Assembly: GCA_965199715.1 (NCBI GenBank)
Contig: OZ241322.1
Span: 1,952,001 to 2,016,000 of the forward strand
Length of the DNA: 64,000 nucleotides
Reading direction: 5' to 3'
DNA from: Vicinamibacteria bacterium
GTDB lineage: Bacteria > Acidobacteriota > Vicinamibacteria > Marinacidobacterales > Marinacidobacteraceae
Translations under genes and position numbers: made by a program
Part shown: piece by piece, positions 50,557 to 60,114 of the stretch
Numbering within the stretch: position 1 is the stretch's first letter
How the letters are laid out: every line of letters starts with the position of its first letter
The notes under the pieces: model-generated
Seen by the model: only the letters and a program-made list of their open reading frames with translations
The model's database searches: none
Told to the model about the DNA's origin: nothing

Positions 50557-52227
50557 ATGAAACGCAACCGATTCCTCGCAACTTCGACCGCAGCCCTCCT
50601 TCTGCTGGCCCTCGCCGCCGGCCCGGTCTTCGCCGAGGAGGAGACCACGAACACCGACCTCGGGGTTCCGCTGCACGACCGTCTCGGCGAGGTCGAGTAC
50701 CCGGTGAGCGGGATCTCCGAACTGGGGCAGCAGTACTTCAACCAGGGTCTCCGGCTGGTGTACGCCTTCTGGATGGCCGAGGCCCGCCGCTCCTTCGACG
50801 AGGCGGCGCGTCTCGATCCCGACGTCCCGATGGTCCACTGGGGCCGGGCGCTCGCCTACGGCCCGTACCTGAACCAGGGTTCGCCGCCCGAGGACCAGCT
50901 CAAGACCGCGTGGGAAGCGATCGTGCGGGCGCAGGAACTCGCCGGCGCGGCCACGCCCAAGGAGCGGGCGATGATCGAGGCGCTCGCCGTCCGGTACGCC
51001 GAGGATCCGGCCGCCGAGCGGGACCCGCTCGACAAGGCGTGGCACGAGAAGGCGAAGGCTCTCGCCGAGGCGCACCCGGACGACCTGGACCTGCAGGTGC
51101 TGGCGGCGTCCAGCTACATGAACACGACCCGGTGGAACTACTGGGACGACGAAGGCAAGCCCCTCGGCGAGGGCACCGACTGGCTGGTCGCGCAGATCGA
51201 GCGCGCGCTCGAGATGGATCCGCAGCATCCCGGCGCGATCCACTACTACATCCACGCGGTGGAGGCCTCCGACGACCTCGACCGGGCGGTGGCTCCCGCC
51301 CGCCGTCTGCCGGGCACGATGCCCGGCGCCGCCCACCTCGTGCATATGGGCGCCCACATCCTCATCCAGACGGGCAACTACGACGAGGCGGCCGACTTCA
51401 ACCTCGACGCCGCCGCGGTGGACGAGCTCTACATCGGGATGCCGGATCAGGAAGGCCGCTACCCGGTGGGCTCCTACCAGCACAACGTCCACTTCGCGTG
51501 GTCCGCCGCCCAGTTCGAGGGGCGGAGCGCGGTGGCGCTGCAGCAGGCCTACAAGCTCCGCGACAAGGTCCGGGTCCAGACGAATCCGAACCGCATCGAG
51601 GCGTCCTCGCGGCCGCAGCTCTTCCTCACGATCCCGCTGTTCGCGGAAGCCCGCTTCGGCAACTGGGACAACCTCCTGAACGAGCCGGCGCCGCGGGCGG
51701 AGTACCTCTTCGAGACCGCCATCTGGCACTACGCGCGCGGCTTGGCGCACTCCGCCACCGGGAACGCCGAAGCCGCCGAGGAGCACCGCGCCGCGGTCGC
51801 CGCCATCGCCGAGGACGAGAGCCTCCCGGGCATGGGCCGGGTTTCGGCGAAGGACATGGTGCGGCTCGCCGCCACCGCGCTCGAGGCGGACGTCGCGCGG
51901 CGCGCGGGCGACCACGAGCGTGCGATCCCGCTGCTTGAGGAAGCCATCCACATCCAGGACAACCTCGCCTACACCGAGCCGCCGCCGTGGTACGTCCCGA
52001 TGCGGCAGGTTCTGGGCACCGTGCTGCTGGACGCCGGGAAGCCGGACCACGCCGAAGTCGCCTTCCGCGAGGATCTGGGCCACTGGCCCGAGAACGGCTG
52101 GTCGCTCTTCGGCCTGCTTCAGTCGCTGCGCGCCCAGGGGCGGATCGACGAGGCCGAGCGGGTGCAGCGCCGGTTCCTGCGCGCGTGGGCCCGGGCCGAC
52201 GTGGTGCTCACCAGCCCGACCTTCTGA
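50557..52227 (+). CDS. Secreted TPR-like alpha-helical protein of unknown function
   Basis: Signal peptide; QQYFNQGL..YAF, HPGAIHYYIHAVE, HLVHMGAHI, HNVHF, YTEPPPW, PENGWSLFGL. Confidence 0.82.
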   Translation: MKRNRFLATSTAALLLLALAAGPVFAEEETTNTDLGVPLHDRLGEVEYPVSGISELGQQYFNQGLRLVYAFWMAEARRSFDEAARLDPDVPMVHWGRALAYGPYLNQGSPPEDQLKTAWEAIVRAQELAGAATPKERAMIEALAVRYAEDPAAERDPLDKAWHEKAKALAEAHPDDLDLQVLAASSYMNTTRWNYWDDEGKPLGEGTDWLVAQIERALEMDPQHPGAIHYYIHAVEASDDLDRAVAPARRLPGTMPGAAHLVHMGAHILIQTGNYDEAADFNLDAAAVDELYIGMPDQEGRYPVGSYQHNVHFAWSAAQFEGRSAVALQQAYKLRDKVRVQTNPNRIEASSRPQLFLTIPLFAEARFGNWDNLLNEPAPRAEYLFETAIWHYARGLAHSATGNAEAAEEHRAAVAAIAEDESLPGMGRVSAKDMVRLAATALEADVARRAGDHERAIPLLEEAIHIQDNLAYTEPPPWYVPMRQVLGTVLLDAGKPDHAEVAFREDLGHWPENGWSLFGLLQSLRAQGRIDEAERVQRRFLRAWARADVVLTSPTF

Positions 52228-52262
52228 TCGGGGGCTGATCGGACCGGAAGGAACCCGGCGGC

Positions 52263-52353
52263 GAGCGCCGCCGGGTCCGTCAGCCGCGCCGGGTCAGCCG
52301 GCCGCGGGAACGCCGCTAGGCGACTCGGCCACGGGAGCGCCGCCGGGTCCGTC
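52263..52353. repeat. Intergenic direct repeats between convergent genes
   Basis: GAGCGCCGCCGGGTCCGTC occurs at 52263-52281 and 52335-52353, with degenerate GGCC(G/A)C...GA(G/A)CGCC copies nearby. Confidence 0.55.
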
Positions 52354-52394
52354 CGGCCGCATGAGCGCCCCGTCGGGCAGTCAGCGGCGCCGGT

Positions 52395-54800
52395 TCAGAC
52401 GGCGGCCGCCGCCGCTTCCTCGTCCGGGGCGGCCGACCCGACCGGAAGGGTGACCACGAACTCGGCGCCTTCTCCGACCTTCGAGTGCACCTCGAGGGTG
52501 CCCCCGTGGCCGCGGACGATGTCGTGGGAGAGCGACAGCCCGAGTCCGGTGCCCTTGTCGGTGTCCTTCGTCGTGAAGAACGGTTCGAAGATCTTTGCGA
52601 TGTGCGACTCGGGGATGCCGGGGCCGTTGTCCCGGATGCGGACCTCGACCTGTTCGCCCTCGCGCTGACTGGTCACCGTCAGGCGCGGCTGGTAGCCGGG
52701 CTTGACGTCCTCGGAGCGCTGCTTCTCGAGCGTCGCCTGGCAGGCGTTCGTGACGATGTTCAGGAAGACGCGGCTGATGTCCTGCGGCACCGCCTCCACC
52801 TCGCCGACATCCTCGGAGAGGTGCTTCTCGATGGTCATCTGGAACGTGTTGTCCACGGCGCGCATCGAGTGGAACGCGAGCGCCACGTACTCGTCCAGCA
52901 TCGAGTTGATCGCGATCGGCCGGGTCGCGCCTCCCTCCTTGCGGGCGTGCTCGAGCATCCCGTGGACGATCGAGCTGGCGCGCTTGCCGTGATGGTTGAT
53001 CCGCTCGAGGTTCCCGGAGAGGTCGGACTGGATCTCCTCGATCTCCTCCCGGGTCTCCTCGGGCAGGTGCTCGGCCGCCGTCGCGAGCTCGGCGTTCAGA
53101 TCCTCGAGCAGGCCGTTGGAGAGCTCGGCGAAGTTGTTCACGAAGTTCAGCGGGTTCTTGATCTCGTGGGCGATGCCGGCGGTGAGCTGGCCGAGCGAGG
53201 CCAGCTTCTCCTGCATCACCATCTGGTTCTGCGCCGTGCGCAGGTCTTCCAGCGTGGTCTCCAGCTCGCGCTTCTGCTGCTCCTCTCGGGCCAGCAGCTC
53301 CTCGATGAGGTTCAGGCGCTGCACTTCGAGGGCGTTTTGCCGGAACACCTCCAGCGCCTCGGCCATCTCCCCGATCTCGTCCTTGCCGCGCACCTTGACC
53401 TTGGTCTTGAGGTCGCCTCCCGCCATGCGGCGCATCGCCCGCGACAGGTTGTTGAGCCGGCGGACGAGGAACCGCCCCACGAACAGCCAGAGGATGAGCG
53501 CGGCGCTCGTGATCGCGAGGACGTTCAGCGCGAGCAGCAGGGCCCGGCCCAGGTCCAGCGCCGACTCGGCGGCCTCGGTGGCGTTGCGCGCGTCGATCTC
53601 CAGCCCGGTCGTGAGCACCGCGACCGCTCCCTCGAACGAAGCGGTGATCTGAATGTTTCGTTCCAGCAACTGCGTTTGCGCCTGCCGCTCGATCAGGTAG
53701 CGCCGCCGCAGGGTGAAGGCGCCGGTCTCCTCGTCTCCCAGCACCACGATGGACCGGTGCAGCGACCGGAGCCGTCCGGCGCTCGAACCCCGGAGCCCCC
53801 GCAGCGCGCGGTCCGACTCGCGGACCGCGGCCCGGAAACGCGACTCGACCGAGTCCATGAGCTCGGGGTCGTTCTGGACCGCGGCGTCGGAGATGAGTCC
53901 CAGCGCGACGTTCCCGCGCGCCTCGAGGGTGGTCAGCGCCTGGAGCCGCGCCATCTCGGCCCCGGAGGCGCGAACCTCGATTGGAACGGGGGTGTCGCCG
54001 CGCCGCTGCATCCCTGTCGTCATGTAGAAGACCTGGGCGTCGCGCGGGCCCCGCACGGCGCTGTTCCACTCGTTGCCCAGCTCCGCCGCCCGTTGCTGGA
54101 TGTCGGTCAGCAGCCTCTGGAGTCCCACGCTCTCGTCCACCGACACCTGGAGGTTACGGAGGTTGTCCGCCAGATCCTCGACGAACGCCTGAAGGTCGGC
54201 GCCACGTTCGTTCTCCGGGAACTGGGACGACAGCTCGATCAGGCGGGCCGCCGATTCCATGAGGTCGATCGGGGCGGCCTGGGGGGCGCCGTCGCCGCTT
54301 TCGGCCGCGGCCGCGGCCTCCGCCTCCACGACGAGGCGCGGGGCGGCGCCGGCGAGGACCGTCGCCTGTTGCGCCACGTGCACCGCCGAGATCAGCAGCG
54401 GGACGTACTCGTCGTTGATCTCCCGCTGGAGCGCCCCGATCTGGAAGAACCCGTACCACGCCACGAGGCTGGCGGCCACGGTGAGCGCCGCCGCCGAACC
54501 CAGTCCGAGCGAGATCTGGAAGCTGATGCGCCGCAGCAGCGGGAGCTTCCGGTCCTCCTCCTCCTTCTCCGGCTGCGCCGCGCCGCCGCCCCCTTCCCCG
54601 TCGGGGTCGAACTCGAAGGACTCCTCCTCCCCGTCGTCGGCCCAGGGGTCGAGCTCCTCTCCCGGTTGCGCGTCCCTTTCGTCTTCGGCCCAAGGGTCGA
54701 GCGACTCCTGGGACTCGTCCCCGGCGGCATCCTGTTCGGGCTCCCCAGGCTTGCCGTTCGCCTCGGGCGCGCCGTTCTTCGGGAAAGGGTCAGAGGTCAT
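52395..54800 (-). CDS. Membrane sensor histidine kinase (TorS-like sensor, HAMP, HisKA, HATPase)
   Basis: Two TM segments, HAMP DEIGEMAEAL, H-box EKLASLGQLTAGIAHEIKNPLNF, N/G boxes DNGPGI, FEPFFTTK, GTGLGL. Confidence 0.92.
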   Translation of the reverse strand: MTSDPFPKNGAPEANGKPGEPEQDAAGDESQESLDPWAEDERDAQPGEELDPWADDGEEESFEFDPDGEGGGGAAQPEKEEEDRKLPLLRRISFQISLGLGSAAALTVAASLVAWYGFFQIGALQREINDEYVPLLISAVHVAQQATVLAGAAPRLVVEAEAAAAAESGDGAPQAAPIDLMESAARLIELSSQFPENERGADLQAFVEDLADNLRNLQVSVDESVGLQRLLTDIQQRAAELGNEWNSAVRGPRDAQVFYMTTGMQRRGDTPVPIEVRASGAEMARLQALTTLEARGNVALGLISDAAVQNDPELMDSVESRFRAAVRESDRALRGLRGSSAGRLRSLHRSIVVLGDEETGAFTLRRRYLIERQAQTQLLERNIQITASFEGAVAVLTTGLEIDARNATEAAESALDLGRALLLALNVLAITSAALILWLFVGRFLVRRLNNLSRAMRRMAGGDLKTKVKVRGKDEIGEMAEALEVFRQNALEVQRLNLIEELLAREEQQKRELETTLEDLRTAQNQMVMQEKLASLGQLTAGIAHEIKNPLNFVNNFAELSNGLLEDLNAELATAAEHLPEETREEIEEIQSDLSGNLERINHHGKRASSIVHGMLEHARKEGGATRPIAINSMLDEYVALAFHSMRAVDNTFQMTIEKHLSEDVGEVEAVPQDISRVFLNIVTNACQATLEKQRSEDVKPGYQPRLTVTSQREGEQVEVRIRDNGPGIPESHIAKIFEPFFTTKDTDKGTGLGLSLSHDIVRGHGGTLEVHSKVGEGAEFVVTLPVGSAAPDEEAAAAAV

Positions 54801-54904
54801 AGGGTCCGCTCGCTACCGGCGCAATCCGTCCTCCGTCTGCCTCCGTCCCGGCAGCGAAGACGCCGATCATGCGGGAACGCCCGTCCCCGCCGATGCGGCG
54901 CGGA

Positions 54905-56065
54905 TCATGAGCCTTTCGTGAAGGAAAGCGTGAGGCAGGTGATGTCGTCGGACTGGTGTTCGCCGCCGGTGAACTTTCGGACCGCATCCACCACCGCATC
55001 GTTCACTTGCTCCGGATTCGCGTTCCCGACCGAGGAGAGGACGTTCGCGAGCCGCTCGTCGTCGAACAGCGAGTCGTCCGGCCGCTCGGCCTCGGGGACT
55101 CCGTCGGTGTAGAAGAAGAGCCGGTCGTCGGGGCGGAGCCGCACCGACTGCTGCGAGTACGGGAGTTCGGGCATGACGCCGAGCGCGATGCCGTTCGTCG
55201 AGGGGAGGAGCTTCGGCTCCTCGCCCTCGCGCACGAGGTACGGCGGACAGTGGCCGCCGTTCGAGTAGGTGAACACGCCGTGTTCGTCGATCACGCCGTA
55301 GATCAGCGTGACGAACATGCTGGACTCGTTGTCCTTGCACAGCACGTCGTTCACCTGCTCCAGCACGCGCGCCGGATCGAGCGCGCCCGAAGCGTGGCCC
55401 TTCAGCAGCGTCCGGCTCACCATCATGAACAGCGCCGCGGGAACGCCCTTGCCCGAAACGTCCGCGATCACCACGCCGATCTGCCGTTGCGGCAGAATGA
55501 ACACGTCGTAGAAATCGCCGCCCACGTCCTGCGCCGGGGTCATGACCGCGTGCGTCGAGCAGAAGTGGGTCGTCGGGAACACCTGCGGAAGGATGGACAA
55601 CTGCATCTTCCGCGCGACCCGGAGCTCCTCATGGATGGCCATGAGCCGGTTCCGTTGGCTCATCGCCTCCCGCAGCATGGCGACGTGCTGGAGGCTCTTG
55701 TCGAGCGTGAGCTCCAGATCCTGGAAGTCGATCGGCTTGGTGATGAAGTCGAACGCGCCCCGGTTCATCGCCGTGCGGATGTTCCGCATGTCTCCGTACG
55801 CCGAGACCACGACCGCCCGCACGCGGGGGCGGGCGGACTTCAGCTCGGTGAGCAGCGTGAGCCCGTCCATCCGCGGCATGTTGATGTCCGTCATGATGAG
55901 CTCGATCTCGTCGTGCTGATCGAGCGCCTCGAGCGCCTGCACGCCATCCTGGGCGAAGATAAACCGCATGCGCCCTTTCCGGATGTCCCGTCGGAAGCGT
56001 TGCCGGATCAGGAATTCAAGATCCGGCTCGTCGTCCACGACGAGGATGGTGGGGGGATCTTCCAT
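54905..56065 (-). CDS. Response regulator with SpoIIE/PP2C phosphatase output (RsbU-like)
   Basis: ILVVDDE, TDINMPRMDG, KPID; then VGGDFYD, IADVSGKG, SNGGH, YTDGV, QSDDIT. Confidence 0.93.
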   Translation of the reverse strand: MEDPPTILVVDDEPDLEFLIRQRFRRDIRKGRMRFIFAQDGVQALEALDQHDEIELIMTDINMPRMDGLTLLTELKSARPRVRAVVVSAYGDMRNIRTAMNRGAFDFITKPIDFQDLELTLDKSLQHVAMLREAMSQRNRLMAIHEELRVARKMQLSILPQVFPTTHFCSTHAVMTPAQDVGGDFYDVFILPQRQIGVVIADVSGKGVPAALFMMVSRTLLKGHASGALDPARVLEQVNDVLCKDNESSMFVTLIYGVIDEHGVFTYSNGGHCPPYLVREGEEPKLLPSTNGIALGVMPELPYSQQSVRLRPDDRLFFYTDGVPEAERPDDSLFDDERLANVLSSVGNANPEQVNDAVVDAVRKFTGGEHQSDDITCLTLSFTKGS

Positions 56066-56106
56066 TACCGTGGTATTATGGCAGCAATGCGCGGCGGCGG
56101 CTTTCG

Positions 56107-57861
56107 TCAGCCCGCGAAGCCGGGCGGCCTCCGCTCGTGGAAGTCGGTGGCCTTCTGGAAAGCGTGCGCCAGCGTGAGGAGGCCGGAGTCGCCGTAGAGC
56201 CGTCCGGTCAGGCGCAGGCTGGTCGGCGACCCCTCGTGGAACCCGCTCGGCGTCGAGATCTCCGGATGGCCGGTCAGGTTCGTGAGGCCGAGGCGCGATC
56301 CGACCACCACGTCGAAGTCCCCGAGCGCCTCATCGAACTCCCGCATGACCTGCGTGCGCACCCGCATCGCTTGGATGTACTCCACGGCCGGGACGAAGCG
56401 GTGCTGGCGGAAGCTGTCCGGCCAACTGCTCTCCTCGGGCGGCTCCTTCATCATCAGGTCGTCGCCGCTGAGCGTCAGGCCGTCGTGGGCCGCAGCGGAT
56501 TCGGTGACGAGCACGAACCCGATGCGCTCCGAGCCGAAGTTGGAGAGCTCGAGCGGGGTCACTGTGACGCCGAGGCCGCGAAGCGTCTCGATCGCGGACC
56601 GGGTCGCGGCCTGGCTCGCCCGCTGCCCGGCGACGCGCTCGGGGGCGTCCGGGTCGTCCTCGATCTCGTCCTCGACCTGCTCGCGGTCGTAGGCCACGTT
56701 GAGCGCCGTCGGGTCGGCGCCCGCGTCCCACAGGAAGCCGGGATCGCGGACGGCCCGGTCGAGGCCGTCCTCGCCCCGAATGGCATCGAAGACGAGGGCG
56801 CAGTCCTCGGCGCTGCGGCACATCGGGCCGATCTTGTCCATCGTCCATGACAGGGCCATGGCCCCGGCGCGGCTGACCCGCCCGAACGTCGGCCGGAGCC
56901 CGGTCACTCCGTTGCGCGTCGAGGGCGAGATGATGGAGCCCCGGGTCTCGGTGCCGATGGCGAACCCGACGAGGCCGGCCGCGGTCGCCGACCCGGATCC
57001 GGCCGAGGACCCGCTCGACCCCTGCTCGGTGTTCCACGGGTTGCGGGTCCGCCCGCCGAACCACCGGTCGCCCTGCGCCAGCGCCCCCATGGAGAGCTTG
57101 GCCACGAGCACCGCGCCCGCCTCGGCGAGCTTGCGGCACACGGTCGCGTCCTCGTCGATCTCCCGGTCGCGGTAGGGCGAGGCGCCCCACGTCGTCCTCG
57201 TGCCCCGCACCGAGAGCAGGTCCTTTGCGCCCCACGGGATTCCGTGGAGCGGCCCCCGGTAGTTCCCGTCGGCGATCTCCCGGTCGGCCCGGGCCGCCTG
57301 CTCCATCGCCAGGTCCTCGGTCAGGCTGACCACGCAATGCAGCTCCGGATCGAACCGCCGGAGCCGCTCGAGGTAGATCCGCGTCAGATCCGTCGAGGTG
57401 ATTTCGCGCTTCTCGATCAGCCGGGCCAGATGGGTGACCGGAAGGAAGGCCACGTCCTCGTCCGTCGCCGGGCGGGGCTCGTCCGGCCGCGACGGGCGCA
57501 TGCCGCTCGCCGTCGCCGGCATGTCCTTGCCGGGCGGCAGCGGGTGGAAGACGAAGGACGGCGGGTCGTGGGCCGTGAGCGCGCGCTCCCGATTCGCCCG
57601 GTAGGCGTCCATGACGCCGTTCTCCCGGTTCAGCCGCTCCAGCACCGGCGCGAGCTCCTCGTCCGAGAACGAGAGGCCGGCGAGCGCCTGCGCCTTCTTC
57701 AACATGTCGAGCGTCACCTCGCCGGCGTCGCCGGCGCAGGCGGTGAGCGTCCCGGGGAGGAGCGTGGCGCCCAGCCCGACCGCCGAGAGGCCGGCGAGGA
57801 ACTGGCGGCGGTTCGAGGCGAGCCTCGGGCTCTCGGGAGCGGCGAAAGCGGGAGCGGTCAT
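56107..57861 (-). CDS. Amidase signature family enzyme, Tat-exported
   Basis: NRRQFL; GPLHGIPWGAKD, GSSGSSAGS, GTETRGSIISP, GLRPTFGRVSR. Confidence 0.9.
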   Translation of the reverse strand: MTAPAFAAPESPRLASNRRQFLAGLSAVGLGATLLPGTLTACAGDAGEVTLDMLKKAQALAGLSFSDEELAPVLERLNRENGVMDAYRANRERALTAHDPPSFVFHPLPPGKDMPATASGMRPSRPDEPRPATDEDVAFLPVTHLARLIEKREITSTDLTRIYLERLRRFDPELHCVVSLTEDLAMEQAARADREIADGNYRGPLHGIPWGAKDLLSVRGTRTTWGASPYRDREIDEDATVCRKLAEAGAVLVAKLSMGALAQGDRWFGGRTRNPWNTEQGSSGSSAGSGSATAAGLVGFAIGTETRGSIISPSTRNGVTGLRPTFGRVSRAGAMALSWTMDKIGPMCRSAEDCALVFDAIRGEDGLDRAVRDPGFLWDAGADPTALNVAYDREQVEDEIEDDPDAPERVAGQRASQAATRSAIETLRGLGVTVTPLELSNFGSERIGFVLVTESAAAHDGLTLSGDDLMMKEPPEESSWPDSFRQHRFVPAVEYIQAMRVRTQVMREFDEALGDFDVVVGSRLGLTNLTGHPEISTPSGFHEGSPTSLRLTGRLYGDSGLLTLAHAFQKATDFHERRPPGFAG

Positions 57862-57901
57862 CCGCGTATTCTGACGGACACCCGCGTATCCTTCGCCGCA
57901 C

Positions 57902-58906
57902 GTGACCATGGGGGAGCCGACGCCGCTTCGCGTGCATCTGGCGAGCGACTCCGTGGAGACCGAGCACTACCGGCTCGACCCAGCCCGCTTCGAGGCTGCC
58001 GGGCGGGAGTTCCCGGACACGTTCCGCCGTCTCGCGCCGAGCTATTCGAACGACGACGCCGGGTTCGCGCGGGGCGTGGCCGACGCCGAGGTCCTGATCG
58101 GCTGGAAGTTCTCCCGCGAGGGTCTCGCCCGGCGGGCGCCGCGGCTGCGGTGGATCCAGCTCATCGGGGCGGGCGTGGACCACCTCTATCCGCTCGACTG
58201 GCTGCCGCCGGGCGTGCAGCTCGCGAACGCGAGCGGGGTCCACACCGGAAAGTCGTTCGAGTACGCGCTGATGTCCCTCGTCGCGCTCTTCACCGGGCTG
58301 CCCCGGCTCATCGACCATCAGCGCGCGCGCCGCTGGTCCAAGATCCAGACCGGCACGCTCCCCGGCCGAACCGCGCTCGTGATCGGCCTCGGCGCCGTCG
58401 GCACCGGCGCCGCCGGCGCCGCGAAGACCCTCGGCATGCGCGTGCTCGGCGTCCGCCGTTCCCGCCGGCGGCACCGTCACGCCGACCGGGTGTTCCCGTT
58501 CGCCGAACTGCGGGACGCGCTCCCCGAGGCCGACTTCGTGATCCTCGCCGCGCCGCTCACCCGGGAAACGCGCGAAATCCTCGGCGCGGAGGAAATCGCG
58601 CTCCTGCCCCGGGGCGCGGGAATCGTGAACCTCGGCCGGGGCCGGCTCATCGCGCAGCCGGCGCTCGTCGCGGCGCTGAAGAGCGGCCATCTCGGCGGGG
58701 CGTTCCTCGATGTCGCGTGGCCCGAGCCGCACCCGCCGGACGGCCCGCTGTGGGACGCGCCCAACCTCATCCTGACGCCCCACGTAGGGGCCGACGACAT
58801 CGAGAACTACGTCCCGCTGGTGTTCCGGATCGCGCTCGAGAACCTGACCCGCGACCTCGCGGGGAGACCGTTGCGGAACCGGGTGCGGCCCGAGCTCGGC
58901 TACTGA
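57902..58906 (+). CDS. D-2-hydroxyacid dehydrogenase
   Basis: GAGVDH, IGLGAVG, NLGRG, LDV...EP, LTPHVG. Confidence 0.9.
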   Translation: MTMGEPTPLRVHLASDSVETEHYRLDPARFEAAGREFPDTFRRLAPSYSNDDAGFARGVADAEVLIGWKFSREGLARRAPRLRWIQLIGAGVDHLYPLDWLPPGVQLANASGVHTGKSFEYALMSLVALFTGLPRLIDHQRARRWSKIQTGTLPGRTALVIGLGAVGTGAAGAAKTLGMRVLGVRRSRRRHRHADRVFPFAELRDALPEADFVILAAPLTRETREILGAEEIALLPRGAGIVNLGRGRLIAQPALVAALKSGHLGGAFLDVAWPEPHPPDGPLWDAPNLILTPHVGADDIENYVPLVFRIALENLTRDLAGRPLRNRVRPELGY

Positions 58907-59727
58907 GCGTCGCGCTCGGCGACGACCCCGTTCCGGAGCAGGCCGACGCGCTCGATCTCCACCTCGACCACGTCGCCGGGCTTCAGGAACACTTGCGGAT
59001 CGCGGGCGACGCCCACGCCGGACGGCGTCCCGGTCGCGATCACGTCGCCGGGAAACAGCGGGGTGATCCGCGAGAGGTAGGCGATGAGGAAGCGCACCGG
59101 GTAGGTCATCCGGCTCGTGTGGCTGCTTTGCATCGCCTCTCCGTTCAGCCGGGTCTCGATCGCGAGCGCCTGCGGATCGGGGACCTCGTCGGCGGTCGTG
59201 AGCCACGGACCGAAGGCCCCGGTCCGCCAGAAGTTCTTGCCGGGACCGAACTGGCTGCTGTGCGACTGGAAGTCGCGCACCGAGGCGTCGTTGAAGCAGG
59301 AGTACCCGGCCACGTGGTCGAGGGCGTCCTCCTCCTTGACGTGGCGCCCGGGCTTGCCGATCACGACGGCGAGCTCGCCCTCGTAGTCCAATTGGCGGGA
59401 CGCGCTCGGGACGACGAGATCCTCCCCGCAGCCCAGGAGGCAAGCGGGAAACCGGGTGAACAGCGTGGGCCAGTCCGCCCGCGCCTTGCCGGTCTCGATC
59501 CGGTGGTCCTCGTAGTTGAGCCCGACGCACCAGAGCGCGCCCGGCCGCGGGATCAGCGGGGCGAACCGCGCGTCCCCGATCGGCTCGCCGCTCGCCGACG
59601 GGCGCGCGCCCGAGGCCAGCAGCCCGCTCAGGTCGCCCTGGAAGGGCTCGTCCAGCAGGCGGAGGGAGTCGCCGGACGCCGCCGCGAGCGCCCGGCCGTC
59701 CGGCAGTTCCAGAGTGGCGAGTCGCAT
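58900..59727 (-). CDS. Fumarylacetoacetate hydrolase family protein
   Basis: CVGLNY..H, LDYEGELAVVIGK, NDASVRD, GKNF, GDVIATGTPSGVG. Confidence 0.93.
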   Translation of the reverse strand: MRLATLELPDGRALAAASGDSLRLLDEPFQGDLSGLLASGARPSASGEPIGDARFAPLIPRPGALWCVGLNYEDHRIETGKARADWPTLFTRFPACLLGCGEDLVVPSASRQLDYEGELAVVIGKPGRHVKEEDALDHVAGYSCFNDASVRDFQSHSSQFGPGKNFWRTGAFGPWLTTADEVPDPQALAIETRLNGEAMQSSHTSRMTYPVRFLIAYLSRITPLFPGDVIATGTPSGVGVARDPQVFLKPGDVVEVEIERVGLLRNGVVAERDAQ

Positions 59728-59739
59728 GGGCGCGGGATG

Positions 59740-60114
59740 CTAGCCGGTCACCCGGCGCAGCGCGGCCGCGAAGGCCGCCGGATCGCCGGTCCAGTCGCCG
59801 TCCGGGGTCGGCGCGAATCCGGGCGGCGGCGGCCCCGGGTGGACGTAGAGCCCGACGCCGTCCACGTCCTCCCGGCGGTAGCCGAATTGGCCCTCGAAAC
59901 GGTCCAATTCGGCGAGGACGTCCGCGTCCACGTCGTACAGCTCCACCCGGAGCGGATGCGTCCCCGGGCCCGGCGTGAGCATCGGGTACTCGTGGTTGCC
60001 GAACAGCCGAAAGGGCGTCACGAGCGCCGGCGCCGAGACGAAGCGCGCCCGGGCGAGCATCCGGTGGTTCGCCTCGCCGCGTTTCAGCGTGCCGTACGCG
60101 CCGATCCGGGTCAC
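59740..60114 (-). CDS. Gamma-glutamylcyclotransferase (AIG2-like) family protein
   Basis: AYGTLKRGEANH, YP.L, ELY.V, LDRFEG. GTG overlaps the upstream TGA. Confidence 0.85.
   Translation of the reverse strand: MTRIGAYGTLKRGEANHRMLARARFVSAPALVTPFRLFGNHEYPMLTPGPGTHPLRVELYDVDADVLAELDRFEGQFGYRREDVDGVGLYVHPGPPPPGFAPTPDGDWTGDPAAFAAALRRVTG

Noticed and set aside
52228-52394. Possible mini CRISPR array
   Set aside because: Only two exact 19-bp copies, irregular spacing, no cas genes.
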